This document shows positions 37,232-50,739 of a stretch of 64,000 nt of DNA, one piece after another. The stretch spans positions 52,948,001 through 53,012,000 of the forward strand of contig OX597832.1 in assembly GCA_951406725.2 (NCBI GenBank). Direction: 5' to 3'. The notes beneath the pieces were generated by a model. It did not search any database, was not told the DNA's origin, and worked only from the letters and a program-made list of their open reading frames with translations. Position 1 is the first letter of the stretch. Each line of letters opens with the position of its first letter. The translations under genes were made by a program, and so were the position numbers. The DNA comes from Octopus vulgaris. Taxonomy: Eukaryota.

Positions 37232-39193
37232 GTAATCTTGGCTCAGATTTCAATGCTCAGTGAAAGAATAAGCTTCATGAAAGAATGGTCCCTCCTGGGT
37301 TCAGTACCACTGTGTGGCACCTTGGACAAAATGCTTAGCGGTATTTAGTCTGCCGCTACGTTCTGAGTTCAAATTCTGCTGAGGTCAACTTTGCCTTTCA
37401 TCCTTTTGGGGGGTCGATAAATTAAGTACCAGTTAGGCACTGGGGTTGATGTAATCTGCTTAATCCTTTTGTCTGTCCTTGTTTGTCTCCTCTGTATGTA
37501 GCCGCTTGTGAGCAGTAAAGAAATAGGTATTTCATCTGCCGCTACGTTCTGAGTTCAAATTCTGCCGAGGTCGACTATGCTTTTCATCCTTTTGGGGGTC
37601 AATTAAATAAGTACCAGTTACGCGCTGGGGTCGATGTAATCGACTTAATCCTTTTGTCTGTCCTTGTTTGTCTCCTCTATGTTTAGCCCCCTGTGGGCAA
37701 TAAAGAATTATATACTAGGCTTAAAGCCTAGTATAATAACATATAAATTAAGGATAAAGAAAGAAAGAATAGAAGAAGCAAAAGTAAAGGTGAAGAAAAA
37801 TAACTGCATACAAGCCAATCAGGCATAGGGTCAGGGTTTGGGATTCACTGGCTAAGGCTAATGAACAAAGAGTAGAGGGCAGAGATGTACAGAATTTAGG
37901 GGTATTTTGTGTATCTCCAGCCTCCTCCTTTTATAATATATATAATGAAATTATTGTATACAGTGCTCAGGTGCACCACAACTTGTCAGAAAGTGCGTAT
38001 AGAGTATATGCAGTAATGTACAAATGTCTGGAAAGAGAACAGTGTATGAGTCAGATACATGCTTGGTTGTGTATGGAGGGGAGAAAATCAGGTGTGGTGT
38101 TGGCGAATGTCAGGAAGCATGGAAGTTTTGAAGGATGCAGTGCTCCGACAACTAACAACTGATGCCGGCAGTTTGTTCCATGCTTCAGCAACTCTCAGCG
38201 TGATAAAATGTTTCCTAAAGTCATGGGAGCTGTGCTGTTTTCTGACTTTGTAAATATGTCCACGGGTGTTAGACGGGTGGAGTTTGAAAAGGTGCTCTTT
38301 AGCCTTAGCTAGTGAATCCTAAACCCTAACCATATGCCTAATTGGCCTGTATGCAGTTATTGTTCTTCACCTTTTGCTTTCTCCATTCTTTATTCTTTCT
38401 TTATCCTTAAGTCACATTGTGTGATTATGACAAGGAAAGGATGACCTCCCTTTGCAAATACCATAAGGGCACAGAAAGTGTGCCTAAAGCCAGCTGGAGA
38501 CGATGTTCTCCTGGGGCTACAAGCTACAGTAACACCCACCCTTAGTGGTTAGCCATATTGAGATGGCAAGTATACCTCACATTGTGTGATTGTTTTATAG
38601 CAAAATTCATATCAATACAAGAAACCAAAGTAATTACATTGCTTCCTTATATCACATTAGTTATATTTGTGGCACAAATATAACATAAGAAAACAATTTA
38701 TATAAATTTTGCTAAAAATGGTTTATTCTTTATGTTGGAAATCTATATGGTCATCTGCAATTGAGGAGAGCAGCTTCTTTCAAATTAATGTAACGTTTTC
38801 ACATTGATTGATTAAATGGAGCCACTTGAAACAGCCGTAATGCACTGATACCTGGACATCCTTGTTATTTATTTGTTATCATCATCATCATCATCAGCAT
38901 TGTTTAACGTCCGTTTTCCATGCTAGCATGGGTTGGACGGTTCGACCGGGGTCTGGGAAGTCAGGAGGCTGCACCAGGCTCCAGTCTTATCTGGCAGTGT
39001 TTCTACAGCTGGATGCCCTTCCTGATGCCAACCACTCCATGAGTGTAGTGGGTGCTTTTTACAGGGGCGAGAGGAGGCTGGCAACGGACACGATTGGTTG
39101 GTGCTTTTCACGTGACACCGGCACGGACACCAGTCAGGCGACGCATATATATATATGTGTGTGTGTGTATATATATGTGTATGTGTGTGTGTG

Positions 39194-39234
<41 letters not shown>

Positions 39235-39318
39235 GTACTGTTTCACGATTGAAAATTCAACAAAAAAGGTACTCTATTTGGTGAGAGATAAATATTATTT
39301 ATTTAAAGGGCACAAAAC

Positions 39319-39362
<44 letters not shown>

Positions 39363-39595
39363 AAGTTAATCCAAACATGAAAACACAAAGAGAAAGCACA
39401 ACAACGCGAGGACGTGGAACAAATATAGTATTATTAGATACTCAGGAAGGAAGGGAAGGAGGGTTCTACGTTTTGAGCGGAGCTCTTCGTCAGAAACATA
39501 GGAAAAGGAAAGATCCAGAGAAGGGAAGACGGAGGAAAAAAATTGCCAACAGTACACACGAGGTCACATTTTGAATGTATATATATACATTTTGA

Positions 39596-39628
<33 letters not shown>

Positions 39629-40580
39629 CTGTGGGAGATCAACATACAAAAGTTATACAATCCTAGATTTTATCCATAAAAATAGTATTTTAGATGAAAG
39701 TAGCACAAAACTGGATTTTCCCAATATCTGATCTAGCATACCTAATGAAATTATAGAAATTTAAAAAATCAGCCATGCTTGCTTTCATCCAGCTGTGCCT
39801 CTTTTTTATTTTCGAGTTTAAACTGAAGCACCAGGCAGATTACATATTTCAGCAAGATACATTATTTCATTTTCAGTTCAATTCTGCTGGGACATGAAAG
39901 CCTATATCAGCAGGGTGCAGGATTGCTTGCTTTCTGCATTAATCTTTTACTTGTTTCACTCATTGGATTGCAGCCATGCTGGGGCACCACCTTGTAGGGT
40001 TTAGTCTAACAAATCCACCCCAGTACTTAGGTTTTTTTTTTTTAAATCTAAATGGCGATGCCCCAGCATGGCCACAGCTTGTGAGCTGAAACTAGATAAA
40101 AATTAAAAAAAATTAAAAAATACTTCTTCTGTTGGTTTCTGTTGCCGAACTCCTAAGATATGGAGATATAAACACACCAACACTGGTTGTCAAGTGGTGC
40201 TGATGTGGATCAAACGCAAAAACATGCACGTACACACACACACACACACATACACACACGTACAAAGGGCTTCTTTCAGTTTCTCTCCATCAATTCCATT
40301 CATAAGGCATCTGTCAGCCTGAGGTTAAAGTGGAAGACACTTGCCCAAGGTGCCATGCAGTGGGACTGAACACAGAACCATGTGATACATAAGGAGCAAC
40401 CTTCTTACAAACATTATTATTATTTTGGCATTAGGAAGGGCATCCAGCTGTAGAAACACTGCCAGATCAGACTGGAGCCTGGTGCAGCCTTCTGGCTTCC
40501 CAGATCCCCGGTCGAACCGTCCAACCCATGCTAGCATGGAGAACGGACGATAAACGATGATGATGATGATGATGATGATG

Positions 40581-40625
<45 letters not shown>

Positions 40626-41180
40626 GAGTGAGAGAGCAGTGGATGCCATCAAAGTGACACCAGGGTAAAATATATGAAGCCCAGTATACCCATCATGACT
40701 ACCCGTCTGATAAGGGTACACCAAGCACATTGCATCACAACCATATGTGCATGACATGGTGATCTCATATCAAGATAAACAGCACATGACCTTGCAGGTG
40801 GGGCCCAGTTAGAATTTTCTTCTGGTTGAGTAGCCCATACCGCTCAAAAGGTCCCTGAATAACGGTTGTTTAAGGATGTTGAACGAAACACCCATGTTTC
40901 CAGAGGTGAGTTATTTAAACCCAAAAAAATCCATCTCAACACATGGCTATGATGCTCCCCCACTACTTCTGCTCGTGATCAGAGATGCACATATCGTCAG
41001 CCATTAAGGGACATGCTCAACTGGTTAAGATCAAGCAACTGACAAGCAAATCTGTGGTATTGAGCAGAATATTTGCTGTAGCCCATCTTTTATACCAAGA
41101 CAAAACAATGCACATGATAACACTTCCAATCAGTTAAGATCAGAAGCCACGAGAGCCACTGCCTGGTTCTGCATCAGGGC
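40626..41180 (-). mobile_element. Second copy of the about 550-bp (TAA)n-embedded element
   Basis: Reverse-complement match to 17544-18095. Confidence 0.8.
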
Positions 41181-41225
<45 letters not shown>

Positions 41226-41227
<2 letters not shown>

Positions 41228-42354
41228 GTTTGACTTTTGCTATATATTGGTACAAGTTGGCTCCAACTCTCACCCAGAGACCTCAAGAGACAACATTATG
41301 TTTGTTTTAAGCCTTGAGATTTCATAGAAAGTATTTTGCGTAGGATATGAGCAGTTCCCATGAGCACTATCTTTTGAATTTCTGCCATTTTGGGGTTTCC
41401 TGGTATCTGAGTTAGGTAGAGATCAGCCCCTTTTGCTATCATTCCCAGAGCACCTATGTATGACAACAGGTATTGTTTTAGTCTTCAGATTTCACATTTT
41501 GCTGATTTCTATTTCAAGATCTTTATATTTGCTCAGTTTTTGGTAGGTCTTGACAGATACGTTTATATCGATTGGGACAGTAATATCAATGAGGAGGCAT
41601 GTTCTTTGTCTGAAGTCATTCAATATGATGTCTGGCCTATTTGCATCTATCTTTCTGTCAGTTTGAATGGGGAAGTTCCAGAGGAGTGAGATGCAGTCAT
41701 TTTCAAGCACTGGGGGTGGTTTGTGTTCCCACCAGTTTTTTACATGGGGCAAATCCAGGTTTTTGCAGATTATCCAGTGAATATATTGTGCAGCTCTATC
41801 ATGCCTGTTGAGGTACTCTGTAGGTGCTAGAAGAATGCACTTGGAGACAACATGATCAATGGTTTCATTTTGTTGTTGACATACACGACATGTTGGGCTA
41901 CTGCCGTTCTTTATAATATGCTGGCCTGGTTGTTTCTTGTTGGTAGGCATTGATCTTGAGCTGCTATGATAAACCCCTCTGTTTCAGATTTTAATCCAGA
42001 GGCCATTAGCCATTGATGGGTCAGGGCTTGGTCAACATCTGCATTTATTCGCCTCTTTGGGTATTTGCCATTGAGAGGTTTTTCTTACCATTTATCATTC
42101 AGAATATCTAAGGCTGCAGTTTTAGCACGAGTTTTAATGTGCTTAGCTTTTTCTGTGCTTGTTTCTTGTATGTCTATCTCTAATTCCGAAATTTGTTGTA
42201 TTCGGAATTCACTTAAATATTCCTTTGCCTGTTTTGTTACTGAGTATGATGCTTTCTTGTTTTCATGTTTTGAGACAAGTTTTAACATCCAGTCCTCAGA
42301 GTTTTTCGGGTAGGTGTCTAGGCCAATTGTAGCAATCTTCATTGTTATTGCCAG

Positions 42355-42357
<3 letters not shown>
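41226..42357 (-). mobile_element. R4/Dong-like non-LTR retrotransposon 3' fragment (CCHC finger + restriction-like endonuclease)
   Basis: CRVC...ETIDHVVSKC...RHD...RPDII...LIDITVP...KLSKYKDL; frameshifted; flanked on both sides by (TAA)n. Confidence 0.88.
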
Positions 42358-42404
<47 letters not shown>

Positions 42405-42480
42405 GTAAAGTAAAAAATGTTTTAAGACCTTTTAAAACAGTTTGAACAACATTTGATGGTTTATTTTTACTTTTATTCAG

Positions 42481-42676
42481 GAAAATATTACAAAATGGAA
42501 AATGAGGCACGAATGGAGACATTTTTAAATGAACCACAAAAATTTGTTCCTCCTTACGCTCCAATGGCTTTACCCCCTCAAGAACTGATCCCACAGAAAT
42601 GTTTAAAGAAAGAAGAAACCCCACAATTTGAATACTTTGGTTACTGTCCCGTGACATACTATGAAGGAAAATGTCG
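42481..42676 (+). CDS. AK9: AK9-like exon (GKYYKMENEARMETFLNEPQKFVPP...GYCPVTYYEGKCR)
   Basis: attcag/gtatga, 196 nt, phase 1-2. Confidence 0.92.
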
Positions 42677-43600
42677 GTATGATATTTTAAGGGGTTTTTT
42701 TACAAAATATTGGTCTAAGTTTTCATTATTCATTTCAAAATAACAAAGGTTTTAATCTTTCTTTGTCTTCGATAATGCTTTGTAAGTGAAATTGACTGAT
42801 AGAAACTGTGGGGAAGCCCATCTTGCTATGTGATAGCAATTTATACTCTTGTTGAGGCAAGTGAAATCAAAATCAAATTCGATGACTGGCATCCATGCTA
42901 GTGGAGCGCTAAGAGCACCATCCGAGCGTGATCGTTGCCAGAGCAGCTAACTGGCTTTTGTGCCGGTGGCACATAAAAAGCACCAATCGAGCATGATTGT
43001 TACCAGTGTTGCCTTACTGGCACATGAAAAAACATTCGAGTGAGGTCGTTGCCAGTGCCACTGAACTCGCTCCGGTGCCCTTCCTAACACCATCCACTCC
43101 AGGAGTGTAATGGGTACTTTTACATACCTCCGGCTACAGTTCACGGATACCATTCACATGGCATTGGTAACAACGGCTATGATTCACGAATGCCATTTAC
43201 ATGGCACCAGCAATGACCATGATTCACGGATACCATTTACATAGTGCCGTCAACACCCACAACTCACAGGTGCCATTTACATAGCGCCACCTTAATTTGT
43301 TTATAACAGGTAATGTTTTATCAGTAAAGGCACATGACCTAGTGGTTAGAGTGTCGTGCTCACAATTTCAAAATTGGGTTTCAATTCCTGAATCAAGTAA
43401 TGCATTGTATTTTTGAGCAAAACGCTTCATTTTATATTGCTCCAGTCCACTCAGCTGCAAATGAGTGACCCTGTGACATACTAGCATCCCATGCAAGAGC
43501 AGGAGTGATCTTTGTCATTCATATGCCATGGAAACTAGGTAACTGTCTTTATGAGCCCCAAGACATGAGACAGTCATGTCCAGTTGGTAGGTTTACTTAA

Positions 43601-43964
43601 TCTCTCTATATATAAACGGCAAAATGTCTGTGTGCGTGTCCTTTATACAAATCCACAATTTTTCAGTTAGAGAGCTCGCACTTTCTGTGGTCATTCAAAA
43701 CCTTCCAAGGGTGGTCGTGCACATCTTTACATTTCCCCAGTCACCCTGCAAAGCCATTAAAAAATCAATAGAAGTGACTTTTTTGTGAATTTTCTCTCCA
43801 AATCCCAATCAAAATGCCCGAAACTTGATACGCCAATTGAATGCCAGCTAGCTGTATGTGATTGGTCAGAGATTTGGACAGTACTCGCATGTATGTGCGC
43901 ATGCACGCAGCTGTATATGCATGCACTAGCACTATGACCCGGCATTGCCTGGTCATAGTGCTAG
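43601..43964 (+). mobile_element. Non-autonomous Helitron
   Basis: A^TCTCTCTATATAT 5' end; terminal hairpin ending CTAG^T. Confidence 0.78.
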
Positions 43965-44051
43965 TGTTTTATAAACTGTTTGGTCAGGCTTTCACTTATG
44001 CTGTCTTTTCTTTTTTTTTTTTTTTTTTTTGTTTTTGGTTTTTGTTTCTAG

Positions 44052-44150
44052 ATATGAAGCAATTACTCTTGGTCAACCAGATTTAGTTGCTGAATATCAG
44101 AAAAAATATTATTGTTTTGCCTCAGAAGAGAAACTGGAAAAATTCATGAG
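44052..44150 (+). CDS. AK9: AK9-like exon (YEAITLGQPDLVAEYQKKYYCFASEEKLEKFMR)
   Basis: ttctag/gtaatt, 99 nt, phase 2-2. Confidence 0.9.
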
Positions 44151-47100
44151 GTAATTAATACTTCATAATTTCTTAATAAAATAACACTGTATAACAAAAT
44201 TTAAAAAAAAAAAAAATTTGTCTTTGGTTAGTAAGTGTTATTTCCTATTTGCTTCAATCTAGAAATCAAAGGAAATGACTGCTATTCCCTTCAAACATTG
44301 CTTTTGTGACCTGGATATCAATGTTTTGAAACTAACCTATTTCCTATTACATTTCAAACAGATTCAGCAACTTGGTGCTGAAGCAAAAATATCCCTATTT
44401 CAAATATTCTGCTCAATACCACAGATTTGCTTGTCTGTTGCTTGACCTTAACCACCTGAGCATGTTCCTTAGTGGTTGACAATATGTGTGTATCTTTGAT
44501 TATGAGCTGGTGTAATGGGGGGGAGTATCATAGCCATATCTTGTGAGGGATTATTTTGGTTTTGAATAAATGTAACAAAAGCAAAGTTTGAAGGAAACAT
44601 TAGCCATTTTTCACGCTTTGTAGGGGTAAGCAGGTAGAAAATAATAGTTGCTACCCAAGGGCAAAAATCATGTTACACAGTGTAATCATTCTAACTGAGC
44701 AGAGTTCCGGTTACAATATAATTCTGCTCAATCAAGATTAACCAGGATTAAACAACAATGACTGCAGGATGAGGAAAACTTCATTAATTATGAAGAATCT
44801 GTAATAATTAATTAAATAGATTACTCTTTTACTCTTTACTCTTTTACTTGTTTCAGTCATTTGACTGCGGCCATGCTGGAGCACCGCCTTTAGTCGAGCA
44901 AATCGACCCCAGGACTTATTCTTTGTAAGCCCAGTACTTATTCTATCGGTCTCTTTTGCCGAGCCGCTAAGTGACGGGGACATAAACACACCAGCATCGG
45001 TTGTCAAGCAATGCTAGGGGGACAAACACGGACACACAAACACACATACACACACATATATATATATATACATATATACGACAGGCTTCTTTCAGTTTCC
45101 GTCTACCAAATCCACTCACAAGGCTTTGGTCGGCCCGGGGCTATAGCAGAAGACACTTGCCCAAGATGCCACGCAGTGGGACTGAACCCGGAATCATGTG
45201 GTTGGTTAGCAAGCTAATTACCACACAGCCACATTGATTTTTTTATAGCAAAATAAATAAATAAATAAATAAATAAATATTACCACTCTCTAGTTTTGGA
45301 GGAAAGGATAATTCTTTCTACTAAAGACACACGGCCTGAAATTTGTGGGGAAGGGACTTGTTGATTACATCGACCCCCAGTGTATAACTGGTACTTAATT
45401 TATTGACCCCGACAGGATGAAAGGCAAAGTTGACCTCAACGGAATGCCATACAGCATCAATCATCAACTCTTTTTTTTTGCCAAATGTACCAGTTTCATG
45501 CAACACAATTTTTCCACTGGCCAGCGGATCAGATGCATGATAAAACACAATAAACTGAATAATCATCATCGTTTATCATCATCATCGTTTAACGTCCGTT
45601 TTCCGTGCTAGCACGGGTTGGACGGTTCGACCGGGGTCTGAGAAGCAGGCTCCAGTCTGATCTGGCAGTGTTTCTACAGCTGGATGCCCTTCCTAACGCC
45701 GACCACTCCGCGAGTGTAGTGGGTGCTTTTTACGTGCCGCTGGCACAGGTGCCAGGGGAGTCTGGCATCGGCCACGATCGGTTGGTGCTTTTAACGTGCC
45801 ACCGGCACGGAAGCCAGTCAAGGCGGTGCTGGCATCGGCATCAGCCATGTTCAGATGGTGCTTTTTATGTGCCACCGGCACAGAAGACAGTCGAGGCGGC
45901 GCTGGCAACGGCCACGTTCAGATGGTGATGGTGCATTTTATGTGCCACCAACACAGAAGCCATAGATTCATTAGCATGCCAGGAAAACTGCTTAGAGGCA
46001 TTCCATCCATCTTTAGATTGCGAGTTCAAAATGTGTCAAGGTCGGTTTGATTTATAGTTAATCACCCGAACCCTAAGCCGAACCCTGCCATCCATCATCA
46101 TGTGGTGAACATGATCAATGTTTTTTTTGGTGGTGACATCTGCAGGACGTCCAGACCTTGGGTCATTTTTATGCTTCTCCCTTCCCCTTTTAAATTCAGC
46201 TCCCTGCTTTTGCACTGTTATTATTCCCTAATTTAACAACCATGTCAGCATCAATGTCCTTGAGGGCCAAAACCTTTTTCTGCAGGTACTTGATAACACC
46301 GCAATGCCAAATTTTGTCCATTTTTCAAGAGAAGTCACTACTAGTTACTTTTGAAGTCTTCTTTGAACAGCTAGGTGACAGTGTACTGGGAAAGAACTAA
46401 TCTTTTCTACCCTAAACACAAGGCCTGAAATTTGGGGGGAAGGGGCCAGTCAATTACATTGACCCCAGCATGCAACTGGTACTTGATTTATCGATCCAAA
46501 AAGGATGAAAGGCCAAGTCGACCTCAGCAGAATTTGAACTCAGAACGTAAAGACAGACAAAATACTGCTAAACATTTCGCCCGGCATTCTAACGTCTCTT
46601 ATTTCTTTACTGCCTACAAGGGGCTACACACAGAGAGGACAAACAAGGACAGACAAACGAATTAAGTCGATTATATCGACCCCAGTGCATAACTGGTACT
46701 TATTTAATCGACCCTGAAAGGATGAAAGGCAAAGTCTACCTCGGTGGAATTTGAACTCAGAATGTAGCGGCAGACGAAATACCTATTTCTTTACTACCCA
46801 CAAGGGGCTAAACACAGAGAGGACAAACAAGGACAAACGGATTAAGTCAATTATATCAACCCCAGTGCATAACTGGTACTTATTTAATCGACCCCGAAAG
46901 GATGAAAGGCAAAGTTGACCTTGGCGGAATTTGAACTCAGAACATAGCGGCAGACAAAATACTGCTAAGCATTTGGCCCGGAGTGTTAACGTTTCTGCCA
47001 GCTCACCGACTTGAATTCTAATGTTTCTGCCAGCTTGCCACCTTCCTGGAAATAAATAATGCAGTTGAAATTAATGCATGGAAGATTTTGTACCTCTAGT

Positions 47101-47315
47101 GTCACTCCTTCATAGTCAGCCTATGAACTTTGCAATCCACTCGCATAAACATCCAAAAGAGTTTTTCAACCCGATATTTACATGCTGTTATTAGCAGCGT
47201 TATATATTTCATGATCCACTGTTCCAAGAAAAAAAATTATTTCATGTTCTCTCAAAAGTTTACGATTTCTTATGACTTCAGCAATAATTAAAAAAAATAT
47301 TCATTTCATTTTCAG

Positions 47316-47533
47316 ATTACCACAGGTATACAGTAAAATTGAATTGAGTTACAAACTTCCTCCAAAACCTGATCCATTAATGGTAAATCTTCTGCCTAAT
47401 CTTGGCTTCATGGAACAGTCATTATCAACACCAATTTTGAGAGCACTGGTTGCCGTTGGAAACTTCAAACCAAAGTTTCCTTTCCTCAGTCCCACACAGT
47501 CTGCTCTTCTCTATGTAGCTTTTCATCTTAAAG
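47316..47533 (+). CDS. AK9: AK9-like exon (LPQVYSKIELSYKLPP...LGFMEQ...KPKFPFLS...SALLYVAFHLK)
   Basis: tttcag/gtaaat, 218 nt, phase 2-1; KPKFPFL...SALLY..FHLKA matches the AK9 C-terminal block as I recall it. Confidence 0.93.
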
Positions 47534-47904
47534 GTAAATATCATTTTATATACAACCCAATGTAAGACATATGATGGCTGGTACCCAGGGTAAACTTTAG
47601 CACCTCTATAAAACTTAGAAAAGAGTTGTCTGTTGATGAGTGATTTTAACCCTTTCGTTACCAACCTAGATAAAACCGGCTCAGGCTCTGTAGTACAAAT
47701 ATGTTGTTTTCCTAAGTTTTGAATTAAAATCTTCCACCAAACCTTAGTCACAATTTATGTTCCTAACAGTAGCTAGATGATAACTACATTATTTTACTAA
47801 ATTCTTTGTTATATTTAAAGTAATTGAAAGAAACACAGAGCCACTTTTACAACATTGAAGGCTCCTGGGCAAAATCATGCATTGGGCCCTATTTATTGAC
47901 AAGT

Positions 47905-47944
<40 letters not shown>

Positions 47945-49916
47945 CCCTCTCTCTCTGTCGGAGAGGCACTGAACAGCTATACACACACATACACACACAG
48001 CAGTAACTCCTGCCTACCGAATTCAATCACAAAGCTCCAGTCGGCTCAGGGCTATAGCGGAAGACACCTACCCAAAGTGCCACGCAGTGGGACTGAACCC
48101 GAAACCATGTAGTCAGAAAGCAAGCTTCCTATATATATATATATATATATATAAAATAAACAAAGACGAAGACAGGTGGAATACAAACAAACAATTGTAT
48201 TAGTATGGCGCTCAGGAATATAAATAAAACAAGTCTTTTACGTTTCGAGCCTATGCTCTTCAACAGAAAGATGCACAGAAAAGAAACACAGAAAAAAACA
48301 AGGAGAGAAACAAAATGCGTGCAGAGGCTAGCGAATCAACATGGCGATATAAGAAACTCTGCCAGATCAAGATTGGAGCCTGGTGTAGCCATCTGGTTCG
48401 CCAGTCCTCAGTCAAATCATCCAACCCATGCTAGCATGGAAAGCAGATGTTAAACGATGATACTCTCTCTTTTACTCTTTTACTTGTTTCAGTCATTTGA
48501 CTGCGGCCATGCTGGAGCACTGCCTTTAATCGAGCAACTCGACTCCAGGACTTATTCTTTTGTAAGCCCAGTACTTATTCTATTGGTCTCTTTTGCTGAA
48601 CCGCTAAGTAACGGGGACATAAACACACCAGCATCGGTTGTCAAGCAATGCTAGGGGGACAAACACAGACACACACATGCATATATATATATATATACAT
48701 ATATACGACAGGCTTCTTTCAGTTTCCGTCTATCAAATCCACTCACAAGGTTATAGTAGAAGACACTTGCTCAAGGTGCCATGCAGTGGGACTGAACCCG
48801 GAACCATGTGGTTGGTAAACAAGCTACTTACCACACAGCCACTCCTGCGCCTATATATATATGAGAAACTCTGCCAGATCAAGATTGGAGCCTGGTGCAG
48901 CCATCTGGTTCACCAGTCCTCAGTCAAATCATCCATGGAAAGCAGATGTTAAACGATGATGATGATGATATATATCACAGCTGAAGACTGGTCCTTCTGT
49001 AGCGGTGCCATGTAAAAGTGCTTGTGTGGTGCCACATAAAAGCACCCAGCACATTCTGTAAAGTGACTGGTGTTAGAAAGGGCATCCAGCTGTAGAAACC
49101 ATGCCAAATCAGACTGGAGTCTAATGCAGCAAGCTGGGGAGCTATATGACTCCAGTTCTTAGCTATTATATTGGCCCCTTTTGCTGAGCTGTTAAGTTAC
49201 TGTTCATAAACAAACAAGTACCAGTTGTCAAATGTTGGTAGTAGTAGGACAAACACAGACACATATGTATGCACACATATATAAATCATCATCATCATCA
49301 TCGTTTAATGTCCGTTTTCCATGCTGGCATGGGTTGGACGGTTCAACTGGGGTCTGGGAAGCCAGAAGGCTGCACCAGGCCCAGTCTGATCTGGCAGTGT
49401 TTCTACAGCTGGATGCCCTTCCTAACGCCAACCACTCCGTGAGTGTAGTGGGTGCTTTTTACGTGCCACCGACACAGGTGCCAGACGAGGCTAGGAAACA
49501 GCCACGATCGGATGGTGCTACACACACATAACACAAATAAGTATAGGAAAATATACAACTTACTCAAAAATAGTTTAAAACATCCAATGTAATTTTTTTA
49601 TGCTGTCTTATAAGCTTTTATGCTAATTTTTGTGCTATTTTTTCCCAGTATTTTCCTTCAAATTAGTTGACACTGAACAATTAATTACCTTAGAAATGAA
49701 AAGCTATGATTCAGTACATTATTTACATTTGACAGATATTTGTCCTCATCTTGTTTGTTGTTAACATGTTTCGGCTGATATACCCTCCAGTAGTGATTAA
49801 GAGCACGGGCTACTAACCCCAAGATTCCGAGTTCGATTCCAAGCAGTGACCTGAACAATAATAATAATAACATCGAAAAATACCATAGGAATAACCCAGG
49901 TCTGAAATTTCCCCAA

Positions 49917-49962
49917 GACACCTGAAGAAGGCTGGAGTGTATATCAGCCGAAACGTTGTGTT
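49917..49962 (+). ncRNA. Minimal type I hammerhead motif
   Basis: GACAC-CUGAAGA-A-GGCUG(gaguguauau)CAGCC-GAAACGUU-GUGUU; 5-bp stems I and II, palindromic ACGU in place of stem III. Confidence 0.8.
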
Positions 49963-50341
49963 AACAACAAAGATGTGGACAAATATCTGTCGAATGCAAA
50001 TAATGTTCATAATTCCTCATCTCTTAAATAGAGAACTATGATTCAGTATTTCGTTTTTGGATTTGGCTTGCAAGATTCTTTATATGAGTTCGTGTGTTGA
50101 AGCATATTCTGTTGTGTCTGGGGAGAGTCATTCTCTTTTAGTGCCTTATTATTTAACACACTCACCAGTAAAATTTCCACTTATTTCTTATTTTTGTTTT
50201 CTAAAATTTTCGTTGCGTCTTGCAACCTTGTCAAGACTATTGAAAAGGTTGCAAGACACAACGAAAATTTTAGAAAAATAAATAAAGGAGTGGAAACTTT
50301 TACTGGTGAGTGTGTTAGATAATAAGGTACTAAAAGAGAAT

Positions 50342-50739
50342 AGTGGAGGTGCAATGGCCCAGTGGTTAGGGCAGCGGACTCGCGGTCGTAGGATCGCGGT
50401 TTCGATTCCCAGACCGGGCGTTGTGAGTGTTTATTGAGCGAAAACACCTAAAGCTCCACGAGGCTCCGGCAGGGATGGTGGTGATCCCTGCTGTACTCTT
50501 TCACCACAACTTTCTCTCACTCTTACTTCCTGTTTCTGTTGTACCTGTATTTCAAAGGGCCAGCCTTGTCACTCTCTGTGTCACGCTGAATATCCCCGAG
50601 AACTACGTTAAGGGTACACGTGTCTGTGGAGTGCTCAGCCACTTACACGTTAATTTCACGAGCAGGCTGTTCCGTTGATCGGATCAACCGGAACCCTCAT
50701 CGTCGTAACCGACGTAGTGAAAAGGAAGGCGCTTCCATC
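50342..50739 (+). mobile_element. Full-length tRNA-derived SINE, same family as 4015-4400
   Basis: tggcccagtgg A box, ggtttcgattcc B box; TSD aaaagagaat at 50332-50341 and 50740-50749. Confidence 0.9.

Noticed and set aside
50342-50420. tRNA gene-like segments (also 20461-20535, 21978-22050, 49791-49845)
   Set aside because: No complete cloverleaf; they are heads of repeated elements
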